Assembly (NCBI GenBank): GCA_034399495.1
Contig: DASCSU010000001.1
Coordinates: 1-39,137 of the forward strand
Source: Candidatus Thalassarchaeaceae archaeon
GTDB lineage: Archaea; Thermoplasmatota; Poseidoniia; Poseidoniales; Thalassarchaeaceae
Length of the DNA stretch: 39,137 nucleotides
Reading direction: 5' to 3'
Shown here piece after piece: positions 1-8,591 of the stretch. Each line of letters opens with the position of its first letter. Position 1 is the stretch's first letter. The notes under the pieces are model-generated. The model searched no databases and was not told the origin of the DNA. It worked only from the letters and a program-made list of their open reading frames with translations. Both the position numbers and the translations under genes were made by a program.

Positions 1-172
1 CAAGTTTCGGTAATTCGCATATTTTACCCTAATGTGTAATAGTAAATAATGGAATCCCAAAAGGTTACCCAGTGATTAGAGATTGTAAACACACCATATC
101 CCTTGAAATAGGTGAAAAACGCACTAATTAAAGTAGTACGACTCAGAGGGTACCGGGTGCTCAGCCTCGCAG

Positions 173-1492
173 TCATTCGATTCTTGAAAGGAAGTTTGGA
201 TCGGATACAGCAAAACAGTTGGGATGCGTGAGTGTAGCACCTACTTTGCTTGCAAGACAAGCCGCAGTCATCCATAGCCGATGGTCAGCATGTGTTTCCA
301 CTATGCCTTCAGGGCTTGTCGGAGTTTGACTCCCTTCCACCGAAATGCCATCATCATTAGCCACTGCTTTGATACCAAAATTAGCTAGCAATTCAACAGT
401 TTTCTCAATCCTGTTTGACTCCTTATGACGGGCATGAGCTGCTCCCGTAATTGTCCCACCACCACCTAAAGCAAGAATTGCAGATAGTGGTGGCAACAAA
501 TCGTTTGCATCTCTCAAATCAATTTCCATAGGGCCCTCTTGTGATTCTAGAGATTCTAGAATCTCTGAACCAAGTGAATCTTCTTTGGATGGGGGATTAT
601 CGATGTTGATCTGTACCCCATGTACTGCGCCATAGAGAATTGCAAAAGATTCCAAACTACGATCAGAAGGAATCTCAACAATATCTGGGCATTCGACATC
701 CCACGGTTTCATGATAATGTGTGGGCGCCAGTCTATCTCGTTCTCAGAGCCGGTCTTTCTAGCAAGTTCAAACGAAAGTTTAGCATGTCTGCGAGATACT
801 CCTTCACCTGCTAGATTCACCCTTATTGGACCTTCAAGTGCTGGCATAGATAGAAGAAGTGCTGAGAGTGGCTGGCTTGAGCGATTCACATCTATGGTCA
901 CTTCACCCGGCTTCAATGGCCCATGGACAAGGTAGGGTAGTGACTCCAAACCAGTCCCGTGACTAACTTTTGCACCTAGATATTCGAGTATACGAAGCAA
1001 AGTTTCAGAATGTCGTTTCCTCAATGTTCTGTCCCCATCTAGCATTACAGGGCAGTCTAGACGAGCAGCAGCGATTGTAAGGAGCCGCAATGCTGTACCA
1101 GAATTACCACAGTGGAGTATAGAAATCGGACGTTTAAATCCTTCAGAACCAACGCCCAAAACAGTCCACCCATCTTCACTCATGTCAATCTCTACGTTGA
1201 GTTGACGAAGGCAGCGCGCCATGGAAATAACATCTTCACCTGGGCTTCCTGAGAAATTTAGAGTAACGGTTTTGTCCCCTTGTGCTGCTAGTAGGAGCCA
1301 GCGAATCATATGGCTTTTTGATGGGGCTAGACTCCACTCCTGAGGGGTAGTAACTGGGTTAGGGGAAATGGTCAGAGACCCACCTTTACCCTTGTCACCC
1401 TGCTTAGAGTGCCAAGGCTTCCAATTCTCTAGATTCGACATGCTCCCCAAATACGCCTGTGGGTATTTAGCATTCAAGCCCTTTGGGGCCAT
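173..1492 (-). CDS. aroA: 3-phosphoshikimate 1-carboxyvinyltransferase (EPSP synthase)
   Basis: 439-aa ORF. Carries the EPSP-synthase signature 'LHCGNSGTALRLL' and the C-terminal 'DHRLWMTAACLA' (DHR-x-AM-type motif). Length is typical for the family. Confidence 0.9.
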   Translation of the reverse strand: MAPKGLNAKYPQAYLGSMSNLENWKPWHSKQGDKGKGGSLTISPNPVTTPQEWSLAPSKSHMIRWLLLAAQGDKTVTLNFSGSPGEDVISMARCLRQLNVEIDMSEDGWTVLGVGSEGFKRPISILHCGNSGTALRLLTIAAARLDCPVMLDGDRTLRKRHSETLLRILEYLGAKVSHGTGLESLPYLVHGPLKPGEVTIDVNRSSQPLSALLLSMPALEGPIRVNLAGEGVSRRHAKLSFELARKTGSENEIDWRPHIIMKPWDVECPDIVEIPSDRSLESFAILYGAVHGVQINIDNPPSKEDSLGSEILESLESQEGPMEIDLRDANDLLPPLSAILALGGGGTITGAAHARHKESNRIEKTVELLANFGIKAVANDDGISVEGSQTPTSPEGIVETHADHRLWMTAACLASKVGATLTHPNCFAVSDPNFLSRIE

Positions 1493-2004
1493 TAATTAGA
1501 GGCAGGGAGTGTTACGGCGAAGATTTCACCACTACTTCTTCCACCTGCGCCCTCGTAAATCATCCTAAAAGTCCAGTCTCCAGAATCGCTACCAACTGCC
1601 GCCGCATCGATTACAAAGTAATCTCCAGTATTGACAGTGAAGCCTGCATCTCGATCTTGGAATGACACGTTCTGTCCTGACACGCCATATACTTCAGAAT
1701 CAGAGGTAAAACCAGAGATTGTGTCTGTATTTACACCATCGGGTGGAATCAGTTGGAATTTGCATTTGAAAGTCTCAACTTGGGCATTCATCTCACTGAT
1801 GGTCACAACCTGATAGCCATTGTCAAGAATTCGTACACTGGCCTTAGCAATTGGGACACCCTTGTTTGGAGCTTGCACACCTGAAGCCATCATCATGTAA
1901 ACTGCTCCAGTTAACAATACGGTGATTGCAAGCAGAAGGATGGTTGCGATAACAGGTGAAACCGCCTCAGTAGTGGCAGTTCTATCCCTCTTGCAGCCGT
2001 CCAT
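1492..2004 (-). CDS. Archaeal type IV pilin-like protein (class III signal peptide)
   Basis: 170-aa ORF. A charged leader is followed by 'EAVSPVIATILLLAITVLLTGAVYMMM', the canonical archaeal pilin N-terminal (Pilin_N/DUF1628-type) hydrophobic helix. The rest is predicted beta-rich. Its stop overlaps the aroA start by 1 nt. Confidence 0.75.
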   Translation of the reverse strand: MDGCKRDRTATTEAVSPVIATILLLAITVLLTGAVYMMMASGVQAPNKGVPIAKASVRILDNGYQVVTISEMNAQVETFKCKFQLIPPDGVNTDTISGFTSDSEVYGVSGQNVSFQDRDAGFTVNTGDYFVIDAAAVGSDSGDWTFRMIYEGAGGRSSGEIFAVTLPASN

Positions 2005-2013
2005 ATTGTTCCC

Positions 2014-2817
2014 TCAAGCGACCCTGTCCACAGTCTCTGGAGTAATTCCTTCCTCATCAGTCACACGGTAGGTGTAAACTCGGAGATTTTCTGGCGCATT
2101 TCTAAATTTGCGAACTACCATTCGAGTCTCGAAGGTGTTAGCAATCATCTTGACTTCAAAATCAAACACGATATCACTAATCAGTGCCAATTCTCTTTGA
2201 ACATTGTCTGGAACTGAACCACTAGATGTTGATAATAGAAGTAAGCCACGATTTAGTTGAGTATGAGCTTGCATAACCCTAAGCATCGAAATTACTCGGT
2301 GTGATTCATTTCTTTGGAAGAAGAAATCGAGGTTATCTACAGCACAACGGAAGAATGGCCCTAGTGAAGTAACCTGACTTGCTAGGGAAATTAGGTAGTC
2401 GGTGTTATCCTCCTCAACGAATCTAGTTTGAGCGAGTCTCTGAATATCTTGCATTGAAAATCCTTCAAGGCGAAAGCGACTAGCTTCCAAGTCCTTCTCA
2501 AGTACTTTCTCGTTATATTCCTCGCCAATAGTCCTCACTTTCAAGTCGAGTGGCCATCCGAAGCGTCGGAAAACTTGTAGGATTTCATTTTGACTTTCAG
2601 CTGTTGAAACTAAAATTGTATTTTCAGGATCTTCTGCCACAGAGGTAAATTGCTTCATGAACAAATCCATTCCACCACCTGGCTCTCCAATACAAAGGAT
2701 GGTGAAGCCGCGAGGAATACCGCCTTTCATCATCTTGTCAAATTTTGGCGAACCAATACTTCCTCTGCCTCCAAAGAATTCCTCATCATCTTGGTCAAAT
2801 ACAACTTTTCTTGCCAT
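2014..2817 (-). CDS. KaiC/RecA-superfamily ATPase-like protein with inactivated Walker A
   Basis: 267 aa. 'GGIPRGFTILCIGEPGGGMDLFMKQF' aligns by eye with 'GGIPYGATVLVGGTCGSGKTTLTMEF' of the paralog at 3409-4170. The P-loop Lys-Thr is replaced by Met-Asp. Confidence 0.7.
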   Translation of the reverse strand: MARKVVFDQDDEEFFGGRGSIGSPKFDKMMKGGIPRGFTILCIGEPGGGMDLFMKQFTSVAEDPENTILVSTAESQNEILQVFRRFGWPLDLKVRTIGEEYNEKVLEKDLEASRFRLEGFSMQDIQRLAQTRFVEEDNTDYLISLASQVTSLGPFFRCAVDNLDFFFQRNESHRVISMLRVMQAHTQLNRGLLLLSTSSGSVPDNVQRELALISDIVFDFEVKMIANTFETRMVVRKFRNAPENLRVYTYRVTDEEGITPETVDRVA

Positions 2818-2827
2818 ATTTTACACC

Positions 2828-3412
2828 TCAGGAAATTACCACTTGACCACGGTCTACTAAGTCTGTACAATATAGGTCTAGATTTGCTAGAACGCTAGGA
2901 GGGGTTTGGTCAGGCACAGTTACTACACCACTCAAAATATCTCGGGCACGGAATGTGTTGATGAATGTGTGAAGATATTCTGCTAGCATTCTTTCTTCAT
3001 TGTAAATTGCCAATGCATTTACCGAATCTAGAATCACAAAGTTTTGCTCAGTAGGCATCTGTCTAAGGTGGTATAGAGTTCTCAGTAGAATACTTTCAAG
3101 CATAATTGGGCTGTCAATATACGAGATGTTAGTATACGGGTTTTCAGTGCCTCCAAGAAGAGCTGATGAGACACAGTCAACAAATTGGATACTATCTGTA
3201 GGGACTCCAATTTCATCAAATGTTGCAATCAATTCCGGTGCAGGTCTGCTAGCAGAGATGTAGACTCCACCCATCTGAAATTCGTTGATGAGCGGCTCAA
3301 CTAAAGAAGCGGTCACTAGGAACGAGTTGCTTGAGCCACAACGAACTTGCATGGAAGAATTGAGAGTAATCTCAGTAAGTTGCTCAGCAATTCTCTGGTC
3401 TAATTCAATCAA
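2828..3412 (-). CDS. Short KaiC/RecA-like domain protein without a recognisable P-loop
   Basis: 194-aa ORF with a TTG start that overlaps the upstream stop (TTGA). It resembles a RecA/KaiC core ('GGVYISASRPAPELI', 'FVILDSVNAL' Walker-B-like strand) but has no GxxxxGK[ST]. The family call is tentative and the start is uncertain. Confidence 0.5.
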   Translation of the reverse strand: MIELDQRIAEQLTEITLNSSMQVRCGSSNSFLVTASLVEPLINEFQMGGVYISASRPAPELIATFDEIGVPTDSIQFVDCVSSALLGGTENPYTNISYIDSPIMLESILLRTLYHLRQMPTEQNFVILDSVNALAIYNEERMLAEYLHTFINTFRARDILSGVVTVPDQTPPSVLANLDLYCTDLVDRGQVVIS

Positions 3413-4170
3413 TCTGAATCAACTCCCCACTTCAACATCGGTGTCATCATCACACCCAATGGTGTCAATTCAATTGCATATTTTGCTCTTGAATGGTCTG
3501 TACCACGCATCTTCACAACCTGTAGGAATCTGAGAAGGTGACCCATTCTGTCGATATCCCCCATGACCATGATGCCGTCAAGAATAGCTTCCTCTACACC
3601 GAAAGATGACCAGTGAGCTTTGGCACCAGCAGAAGTAATTTCAGCAACAAGGAATGAGGTACATCCCTGCGTAGCCAAGGTTTTACCCAGTGTAAAAAGG
3701 AAGTCACGAATCAGTTGGTCGTTTGGAATTTTGTAACAGAGAGTAGTTACCGAATCAATCACTAGTCTAGTGACACCAATTGTGTTTACAATATCTGTAA
3801 TCGCCTTCACCAGCGAATTGATGTCATCACGATCAAAGGTTGCTTTAGTTAGGCCTAGCCAAGAGTAAACGACATCCATATCAAAGACATTGATTAGGCC
3901 CTTGTCGACCATATCCATATCGAAAAAGGTGTATTGTCGGATGTTTTCAAGTAGTTTCACTGAGGGTTCAGTTGCTGCAAAGTAGGCACATGCCTCGCCC
4001 ATTTGCGCCCCATGAACAAGGAACTCCATGGTCAAGGTAGTCTTACCTGAACCACAAGTACCGCCCACTAGGACAGTTGCGCCATATGGGATTCCACCTC
4101 GGGTGATTTCGTCCAATCCGTGTATACCTGTGATACAACGGTCACGAGTGTACTGTGGGGTCCCGAGCAT
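3409..4170 (-). CDS. KaiC/RadA-like single-domain ATPase (ArlH/FlaH-like)
   Basis: 253 aa. Has 'GIHGLDEITRGGIPYGATVLVGGTCGSGKTTL' (intact Walker A) and 'RLVIDSVTTL' (Walker B-like), the typical KaiC-family single-domain architecture. Confidence 0.85.
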   Translation of the reverse strand: MLGTPQYTRDRCITGIHGLDEITRGGIPYGATVLVGGTCGSGKTTLTMEFLVHGAQMGEACAYFAATEPSVKLLENIRQYTFFDMDMVDKGLINVFDMDVVYSWLGLTKATFDRDDINSLVKAITDIVNTIGVTRLVIDSVTTLCYKIPNDQLIRDFLFTLGKTLATQGCTSFLVAEITSAGAKAHWSSFGVEEAILDGIMVMGDIDRMGHLLRFLQVVKMRGTDHSRAKYAIELTPLGVMMTPMLKWGVDSD

Positions 4171-4222
4171 GCTAACGAATACCCAACGGCCGACCTCCGC
4201 TAATAACTCGTTGCTATGGGGA

Positions 4223-4238
4223 CACGCCTTTAGGCGTG
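4223..4238. repeat. Inverted repeat CACGCC-TTTA-GGCGTG (6-bp stem, 4-nt loop) between the LTD-pilin gene and the first KaiC-like gene
   Basis: Read directly from the sequence. It lies in the 123-nt gap inside an otherwise tightly packed minus-strand gene string. Function unknown (operator, processing site or weak terminator). Confidence 0.5.
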
Positions 4239-4293
4239 AAATAATGGCTAAGATAACTATGGCGTTTTTATCAAAATTCGCAGTATGGTAATA

Positions 4294-5364
4294 TCAGATT
4301 GAACCAGGTGTTCCGCCATTGCTTCGAGCCCAATTAGATGAGTTTGAAGCAGGACCGCCATTCCATTGAAGAGAGATGTCGCTTTCAATCTCCCAGCCAT
4401 CATCCCATGAAACATCCATGGTGCTGTATGTCTGTGCTGTTCCAGGGTATGTCCAAGTGAGGCTCAATGTATCAGAGTACATGTTTAGTCCATCTACTGC
4501 ACCACGTCCCAAAATACTAGATTGCCCTAAATCTAGAACAGTCTCTGCACCTTGATTTTCTTGCAGGTTTGGTTTACCCGAGCATAGGATGATACTTCCT
4601 CCAGCTAGTGCTCCATCTCCAATGAGTGTGTGTAGCCCTCCACCAGAAGAGCGCCCTAACCCCCAACCAGTCAGATTTGCCGCAAAACCATCCTTGTTTT
4701 CTAACTCAACCCATTCAGGAAACCCTGTATCTGGTTCAGCCATGAATTCAGTAATGACTAGATTTGCAGGAGTGCGACCAGCATCGTGTACCTCAAAGAT
4801 GATCTCCACAGTCTCATCATTAAGCACCATCATTCGATGGGCTACGGCTCCGTTTGCGGCAGCATTACGACTAGCACCATCTTGGAATAGTAGGACATCA
4901 ATTCTAGATGAATTAAGGCTCTCAATAATGCGAATTGTGAGGTTGATGCTGCTCCATTCTGGTAACCCCAATCCTCGAATGAAGTGATCTTGGGTGACAT
5001 TTGAAATCGCATTCAAGCGGGCTTCATCAAGGCGTCCAAAGTCACCAGCAATACCTGGATGAACTGACCCTTCAAGCAATTTTGTCGCATTGTAATGGTG
5101 CCAGTCAGCAGTCCCATTGGCAATGTCTCTGTCACCCCACTCGTCTATTGGCACATACCAGCCCGAGTCACCAGTCAATCTTTGCAAACCTTGTAGTGCA
5201 TAATCATCCAATTGATCTGATTTGGGGTGATTGGAACCAAGTTGTAATCCTGCAAGCGAAAAGAAGGCAGTCAAGACGATGAGAAAAAGGACGAAAGCGG
5301 TCAGAAATTCAATGACTGCAGTGAGTGCGTCCTCAGAGTTTGCCAAACGTTTGACTCTCTTCAT
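4294..5364 (-). CDS. Pilin-like (class III/TadE-like N-terminus) protein with C-terminal lamin-tail domain
   Basis: 356 aa. The N-terminus 'SEDALTAVIEFLTAFVLFLIVLTAFF' resembles the TadE/archaeal pseudopilin helix. The C-terminal part 'LVITEFMAEPDTGFPEWVELENKDGFAANLTGWGL...' matches the lamin-tail-domain consensus (InE...eWvEL.N....vdLsGw.L). Confidence 0.7.
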   Translation of the reverse strand: MKRVKRLANSEDALTAVIEFLTAFVLFLIVLTAFFSLAGLQLGSNHPKSDQLDDYALQGLQRLTGDSGWYVPIDEWGDRDIANGTADWHHYNATKLLEGSVHPGIAGDFGRLDEARLNAISNVTQDHFIRGLGLPEWSSINLTIRIIESLNSSRIDVLLFQDGASRNAAANGAVAHRMMVLNDETVEIIFEVHDAGRTPANLVITEFMAEPDTGFPEWVELENKDGFAANLTGWGLGRSSGGGLHTLIGDGALAGGSIILCSGKPNLQENQGAETVLDLGQSSILGRGAVDGLNMYSDTLSLTWTYPGTAQTYSTMDVSWDDGWEIESDISLQWNGGPASNSSNWARSNGGTPGSI

Positions 5365-5414
5365 CTACTTCACCCACACTATGCGACCCTTTTGTACACC
5401 ATCAATTCTATGTT

Positions 5415-6416
5415 TCACGGCAGCCCTACCAAATTGAGCAATAGTAACACGGGGTCACCAAACAAAAGCATTGGAAGAATCCCTACCATTAGGAATGCCA
5501 TGAATGGATATTTTTCAGTAGTCCAAGCCTTTTCAGCTCCAAGTTCTGCTAACTCATCTAGCACCTCATCCAATGCTGTTTCACTACGGCTTCCACGGCG
5601 TGGTCGCATCTTAGTGACGATTTTCTTTTCACCATCGTGACCTTCCATTACTTCATCCAACAGCCAGACATGGCGACCAGAAATTGTGGAGAGTGGAAGT
5701 CGGCGCGCGTGCCAAGCCATTCGCCATTCACCAGCATCACCACTGATGGCATTTTGAATAAACACATAGAATGGCAGAATTAGGAATGTCAGTGCCCCCC
5801 AGATTAGGAGTGAAAGTGCTGGTGGCATTAGAGCAGCATCTGCTGGTGGAAGGGTCCCCCAACCGGGCAAACAGAGAGCAACGAACATCATTGCCTTAGC
5901 GTCTGCTCCACCGTGTAACATTCGTAGTTGGTAGCACATTTCGAAAAAGAGTAATACAAGGCCTATCATAATCATTTGACCCCAAAGGTATGCTGCTTCA
6001 ATCTCAGCGGTGCTAGAGCAATAATTACAACCAACAAGCGAGCCAAAACCAATACCGTCCATTAGGGGTGTAAAGTGGAGCATTACTCCGCCAACAAGTC
6101 CGACAAAGGATACTAGGTACCAGATACTTACAATCAGGTCTTCGGGAGAACCATTTCGTGCATCCTCTAAGGTAGGCCGGCCAATTACAGCAGTTGATGC
6201 ATAAGCAACCATTGCTGAGGCAGTAAGCCAGATGGTCCAATCTGCTTCTAAAACCCACAATTCAAGACATAGGACGAAGAGTGCAGGCTTTGCCCAAGAG
6301 ACCCACCAATCATTAGGAACGCGTCGAATTTTGAGATCCAGATAGGTCGCTCCTGCTATGCAGAGAACTAGAGTTGTAACGCGCGCATACGTGAGTATCT
6401 CAGGGGTCGTGACCAT
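5415..6416 (-). CDS. A24-family prepilin/preflagellin peptidase (PibD/FlaK-like)
   Basis: 333-aa polytopic membrane ORF. Both catalytic Asp motifs are present: 'YLDLKIRRVPND' and 'HGGADAKAMMFVAL' (GxGD/ADxK type). A soluble insert sits before the last TM helices, as in FlaK. Confidence 0.85.
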   Translation of the reverse strand: MVTTPEILTYARVTTLVLCIAGATYLDLKIRRVPNDWWVSWAKPALFVLCLELWVLEADWTIWLTASAMVAYASTAVIGRPTLEDARNGSPEDLIVSIWYLVSFVGLVGGVMLHFTPLMDGIGFGSLVGCNYCSSTAEIEAAYLWGQMIMIGLVLLFFEMCYQLRMLHGGADAKAMMFVALCLPGWGTLPPADAALMPPALSLLIWGALTFLILPFYVFIQNAISGDAGEWRMAWHARRLPLSTISGRHVWLLDEVMEGHDGEKKIVTKMRPRRGSRSETALDEVLDELAELGAEKAWTTEKYPFMAFLMVGILPMLLFGDPVLLLLNLVGLP

Positions 6417-6501
6417 GCTCTTCAGGGCCTGTCACAGGTAAGTGCCATAAATGAGGCGCGGTTCGGAAAGGCCGTAAGCATGCTTTCGGAGGTGTTGTTA
6501 G

Positions 6502-6765
6502 TTGACCATAGAGACCAAACTAGAGCAGATATCCTCAGTAATTCTTCAATTAGATGACTCCAAGGTTCCTAGGAACATTCGTGCTGGAGCTAAAGAATCA
6601 GTTGAGATGTGGTTACTCAACAAATCCAAAGACATGGATGTAAGAATTGCAATGGCTCAAAACAAATTGGAAGAATTGTCTGAAGACCCAAACATCCCAA
6701 TGGAATACGGAGTACTTATTCTCCAAGTTTTGACTGCACTTGAGCAACTTCTTGGCGAAGTGTAA
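6502..6765 (+). CDS. UPF0147 family protein (archaeal)
   Basis: 87 aa. 'LDDSKVPRNIRAGAKESVE...DVRIAMAQNKLEELSEDPNIPMEYGVLILQVLTALEQL' matches the conserved UPF0147 pattern (VPRNIR...DPN.P). Uses a TTG start. Confidence 0.8.
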   Translation: MTIETKLEQISSVILQLDDSKVPRNIRAGAKESVEMWLLNKSKDMDVRIAMAQNKLEELSEDPNIPMEYGVLILQVLTALEQLLGEV

Positions 6766-6767
6766 TT

Positions 6768-7139
6768 CTATGCTGCTGATTGATCATCAGCATCTTCCAA
6801 GAGAACAAATTTGTATTCTCCTGTTGAACTATCATAATCTATGATAGAGAATAGAACCTTCATCTGTCTCTCTTCAAATGGGTCATGGAACCATGGTTGT
6901 CCACCACGAAAAATGGTTAGGATCTTCTTGTAGGTATCCATATTCATATTTCCACTAATTGTATAGACTGCGCTTTCTGCGCCTTCATCAAACAAATCAT
7001 CACCCTCTCCGCCACGAATAACGGTACGTTGTACTCTTCTAGAAACGGTCATATGGACATTGCAACCATCAATTTTCACCCATTCTTCAGATTCTTGTCT
7101 AATGTAACATTCATTTACTTGCATTTTTCCTCTGCTCAT
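6768..7139 (-). CDS. Hypothetical protein
   Basis: 123-aa ORF that fills the gap between neighbours. I recognise no family. Acidic C-terminus. Confidence 0.45.
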   Translation of the reverse strand: MSRGKMQVNECYIRQESEEWVKIDGCNVHMTVSRRVQRTVIRGGEGDDLFDEGAESAVYTISGNMNMDTYKKILTIFRGGQPWFHDPFEERQMKVLFSIIDYDSSTGEYKFVLLEDADDQSAA

Positions 7140-7233
7140 GCCTATGGCATGGAGGTTGTTGAATTAACTCATTCGCTTTTCACTTTCAGTTTCAGACACC
7201 CCTCCGTTAGAAAAGTAGGTAGTGTGACAGCGT

Positions 7234-7815
7234 TTGATTCTCAACATGGTAGCCCAAGTAGTCAGAAGTATCGTAATGCCAAATGGAATTGTAACTGCGC
7301 ACGCAGATAGGAAAATAATTTTCAAGCCAGTGAACGGAAGAGAGCGAATTGCCAAACTGCCCCGCAGAGTGACGGTTATGATGGGGTGTCCAGGTCCCCA
7401 AGGAGTAATTTTCCGACTGCTTGTTGGTGATGCATCTGGAGCAGTTCATCTTATCTCCTTGCCCGAATTACAATTGATTCAATCAACTCGATTATCCATG
7501 AGTCCAGTTACTGCACTCGCTCTACATGAGCCAAGTGGGAAGAAAATGGTAATCGCAGGCCTAGATAATGGAGAGATTCATGCCATTAGTGATAATCTTC
7601 CAGATCGCTCGTTAAAATTGTTCAAACTTGAATCTTCAATTGGTTTGATCTGCTCAACAGAAGAAATCCTCACTATTCATTCTGGTTGGACTAGAGATGT
7701 TAGGCACTGGAATGGCGATGCTGTCGAGCCTGCAAGGAGATGGTTCGAGCCACCAACTCCGCCAAACCGTAGGAAAAATACCCAACTTACTCTGCCAATG
7801 GCGGCTCCGGCGTAA
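7234..7815 (+). CDS. Hypothetical protein with beta-propeller-blade-like segments
   Basis: 193-aa ORF with a TTG start; a start at the internal 'MMGCPG' is possible. 'GDASGAVHLISL' and 'IAGLDNGEIHAISD' look like WD40/PQQ-type blades. Its 3' end overlaps the convergent MBL gene by 29 nt. Confidence 0.35.
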   Translation: MILNMVAQVVRSIVMPNGIVTAHADRKIIFKPVNGRERIAKLPRRVTVMMGCPGPQGVIFRLLVGDASGAVHLISLPELQLIQSTRLSMSPVTALALHEPSGKKMVIAGLDNGEIHAISDNLPDRSLKLFKLESSIGLICSTEEILTIHSGWTRDVRHWNGDAVEPARRWFEPPTPPNRRKNTQLTLPMAAPA

Positions 7816-8539
7816 ACCAGTTGCAAGTTGGATGTGGTCTAGGCCATTCTTCTGGCCGCATACCTTTTGCATCAAGAATCTGTGAAAGAATTTGTTTCTG
7901 CTGTTCAAGTTCTGCTAGCACTGCTGCTGTTCCAACTATGGTTTCTCCATGGCCCGGTACAAGCTGCTCAATTTCCATCTTGAGTAGATATTCAATGCTT
8001 TCAACTAGGTCTGGTAAACATCCCGTGGGTAAATCCCACCTTGAGATATGAGCGCGCTTTGGAATTAGATCTCCCGCCAGTAGTATCTTTTCATTTTCTA
8101 TCCAAAAGCAGCACGAGTCCGAGGTGTGACCAGGTGTATGTATCGCTTCAATAGAGCCGCCCCCTAATTCAAACGAGGCACCATCTTCGAATGGTTCTGC
8201 ATTGAAGGCTGGCATATCAGAGTTGAACCTTGAGGCCCATGTGGTGAATAAATCGCCTCCGCGTAAGGCGTTGACGCCATCACTGTGTATATGGCCGGAA
8301 ACTCCCCAATGCTCTGTAAGGTGCTTGGTTGCACCAGCGGTGTCATAGTGCCTATGAGTGAGCAGAATTTTACTGATTTTAGGTTGGTCAACTAATTTTG
8401 CTTCTATTCTTTCAAGAACATTTGCCTGATACCAAGAAGTCCCTGGGTCAACAACTACTGTTTCCTCATCACCCGAAACTAAGATGCAAGAGGCATCGTG
8501 ATGAATCCCCGGAAGCCTCACTACTCGCATGGATATCAA
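7787..8539 (-). CDS. Metallo-beta-lactamase fold hydrolase
   Basis: 250 aa. Has 'ILLTHRHYDTAG' (HxHxD-type motif), 'IHTPGHTSDS' and 'LVPGHG', the standard MBL metal-ligand series. Confidence 0.85.
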   Translation of the reverse strand: MISMRVVRLPGIHHDASCILVSGDEETVVVDPGTSWYQANVLERIEAKLVDQPKISKILLTHRHYDTAGATKHLTEHWGVSGHIHSDGVNALRGGDLFTTWASRFNSDMPAFNAEPFEDGASFELGGGSIEAIHTPGHTSDSCCFWIENEKILLAGDLIPKRAHISRWDLPTGCLPDLVESIEYLLKMEIEQLVPGHGETIVGTAAVLAELEQQKQILSQILDAKGMRPEEWPRPHPTCNWFTPEPPLAE

Positions 8540-8591
8540 TTAGTTGCGGGGGGCTTTGGGCTTATATATCGGGAGCAGGTCGGCCGCCTCG

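Noticed and set aside
24-275. 83-aa minus-strand ORF at the window start
   Set aside because: It overlaps the 3' end of the well-supported aroA gene in another frame. It has a Cys/Ser/Thr-rich composition with no motif. It is most likely a shadow ORF.
6025-6258. 77-aa minus-strand ORF inside the prepilin peptidase gene
   Set aside because: It is an alternative frame of a well-supported membrane-protein gene, and its Cys/Arg/Trp-rich translation is typical of off-frame reading.
8544-8591. 16-codon N-terminal extension of the L40e ORF
   Set aside because: L40e proteins begin at the MARFPEAE-type sequence, and ATG 8592 gives the canonical 48-aa protein. The extension would start only about 5 nt from the divergent MBL gene.
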